This document shows, in pieces, positions 62,204 through 64,000 of a stretch of DNA of 64,000 nucleotides. The notes below the pieces were generated by a model. That model did not search any database. It was not told where the DNA came from and worked only from the letters and a program-made list of their open reading frames with translations. Numbering within the stretch: the stretch's first letter is position 1; every line of letters starts with the position of its first letter. This DNA comes from Octopus sinensis (taxonomy: Eukaryota): assembly GCF_006345805.1 (NCBI RefSeq), contig NW_021835997.1, forward strand, positions 248,001-312,000, read 5' to 3'. The position numbers were made by a program, and so were the translations under genes.

Positions 62204-62549
62204 TGTCTGTTTAATTTATTGGATTTATTGTAAAAGATTTTTTAAAACTAAAAAAGGTGTTTACTCAATAATATATCGAAAATTTAACCGAAGAGGAGGT
62301 AGAAGGTTGAAAAATTTTAAAAATTTTAGAATTCTATCAAGTTTTCAATTTTTTTGATTCTGATAAAATGGAAAAATAACTCTCCAAGAATTCCAAAGCG
62401 CTGTGCATTCTTATTAATCTAAGTTTTAAAGAACATGAACTTGAAGAATTTATCAAAGAATATGACGAAAACAGTTTTTGTGCAGCATTAATGAATTAGA
62501 AAGTAATACAATTGAATTCCCAGAATTCTTGACTTTTATGTCAAAGAAA
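62204..62549 (+). pseudogene. Calmodulin-like gene copy 2, cut after EF-hand 2 by the retrotransposon
   Basis: Matches copy 1 up to ATGTCAAAGAAA, then switches to unrelated sequence. Confidence 0.8.
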
Positions 62550-64000
62550 AGTTGTTGTGGTGTTGTGCATGTCCGTTCCTAATGATATGAGGAAATCGAA
62601 TCCTAGGGGCCTTCCTGCGAAAAAGGATAAAAATAACATAACAAGTGCAGGAGTGTCGTCTCTGGGGCTGGATAACAGCACAAGGACTAGTATTCATGAC
62701 AATCCAATTGCTGGGAATCCTACTATCCCAACTAACTTGCATTCCCTTTCGGCCATTATCGATGATGCTATTTGTGTTTCTGAAGCTGAGTGGGTGTCTC
62801 AGATTGTTTATGCCACGAAGCAAAGAATTGGGAGGATACCAAGAGGTGGATGGAACCTTATCCGTGAGAAGTTTAATTCAAAATTCTCGAAGAGTGCAAG
62901 TCTCAGTCAGCTCAAAGGAATGGTTAAACTAATGAGAGTGGATAATAATTATGGAAGCAATTGCCATCAGAAGCAATTTCTTGAGAGCTCAGAAATTTCC
63001 ACTTTTAGAAAGTGTCTAGAAGAGTTGAATATACAAATTAAGAATATTGAATCGATTCCAAGGGATTCACGTAAACCAACTCCAAAAATTCAAAATAAAT
63101 ATTTGAAAACTGATATATTGACAGGATTGAATTCGGCGATATATTATATTACGAAAGATAATCATCCTAATGATATCAATAGCATTTCTGATATTCTATA
63201 TGCTGCTCAATGTGCGTATTTATCTCTAACCATGAGAGACAAAGCACAGAGCACATGGGTAGAAAATATTGAAAAGAAAATTTCAAAATTATCTGCAGAA
63301 TTGGAAATTGTTAATGCCCATTCCAATCAAACACTACCTCCATCTGAAAAGCAAAAGGTAATGGATGTTCTCTGTCGCTATGGGTATAAGAAAACTAAGA
63401 AAGGTGAGCTGTCGAGGATTCAGATATTATTGCAAGACCTGATTAGGATTAACAATAAGAAAATAGAAGTTCATAATTCAAGGAAGCAATTTCGTAAGGA
63501 TAATCAGTGCTTTGAATTAAATCGAAAAAGATTCTATCGAGACTTAACAAAGAAAGAGGAAGTGACGCTGTATGGATTTGATGATGAAGAATGTGTCTCT
63601 TTTTGGCAAAAAGTCTGGAGCGAGAGAAATGAGAGGCCTCAATCTTATGACGTTGTTGGAAAACGAACTACTTGTGCTGAACATATGCTTCCAGAGTTTA
63701 CGGAAGAGTTTTTTGGAAATGTTATTAACTATCTTCCTGACTGGAAGGCATGTGGATGTGATGGGATATATAACTTTTTCATTAAGAAGATGGAGTCATT
63801 ACATGGATTTCTGTGTCACGAGATAACCCGAATAATTAATGGAGAATACATGCCTGAAAGTTGGTTTTACACTGGAATAACATATTTGATTCATAAAAAA
63901 GATGATTGTGAGACCCCGAAGGACTTACGTCCTATAACGTGTATGCCGACATTGTATAAACTTGTCACCAAATGTGTTAATGTAAAACTGGCTGATTTTG
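62550..64000 (+). mobile_element. RLE-type (R4/Dong-like) non-LTR retrotransposon, 5' end with open ORF from ATG 62569 running off the window
   Basis: No stop from 62569 to 64000 in my translation. Myb-like GGWNLIREKFN, NRKRFYRDL, PDWKACGCDGIYNFFIKK and LRPITCMPTLYKLVT (start of RT). Confidence 0.9.

Larger units (their letters stand above)
55074..62549 (+). repeat. Segmental duplication copy B
   Basis: Matches 26899-35490. Lacks ~880 bp (copy A 28800-29680) and the Merlin; carries a private SINE. Confidence 0.97.

Noticed and set aside
116-63826. Most short ORFs in the supplied track
   Set aside because: They are antisense or off-frame shadows of spliced exons and transposon ORFs, or exon read-through into introns.

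Overview
AT-rich eukaryotic DNA whose host genes are split by very short GT-AG introns (mostly 22-31 nt). It uses the standard code and carries animal-type genes (TESK/LIMK-like kinase, GAPVD1, AAGAB, ciliary dyneins). A dicyemid mesozoan would fit, but that is inference. The window is largely a graveyard of duplicated, decaying genes: POLD1, a PI4KA N-terminus, an IMP peptidase, two DYNC2H1 copies, DNAH2, FARSB x2, calmodulin-like x2 and AAGAB. It also holds an ~8 kb direct segmental duplication (26.9-35.5 kb vs 55.1-62.5 kb). Genes that look intact are a PP2A-like phosphatase, DcpS x2 and probably the kinase. Mobile DNA includes a young DD35E Tc1, a Buster hAT, Merlins, a Helitron with a 95-bp array, RLE-type (R4-like) retrotransposons, a tRNA-headed SINE and old LINE debris. 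Two observations stand out. (1) A near-complete gag/APE/RT LINE inserted with a twin-priming-type 5' inversion, a 12-bp TSD and a back-to-back CATG start. (2) A GC-rich block where strand skew flips inside genes and appears to reshape a PP2A-like protein. Exon-intron models were read by hand, so boundaries of degenerate features are approximate.
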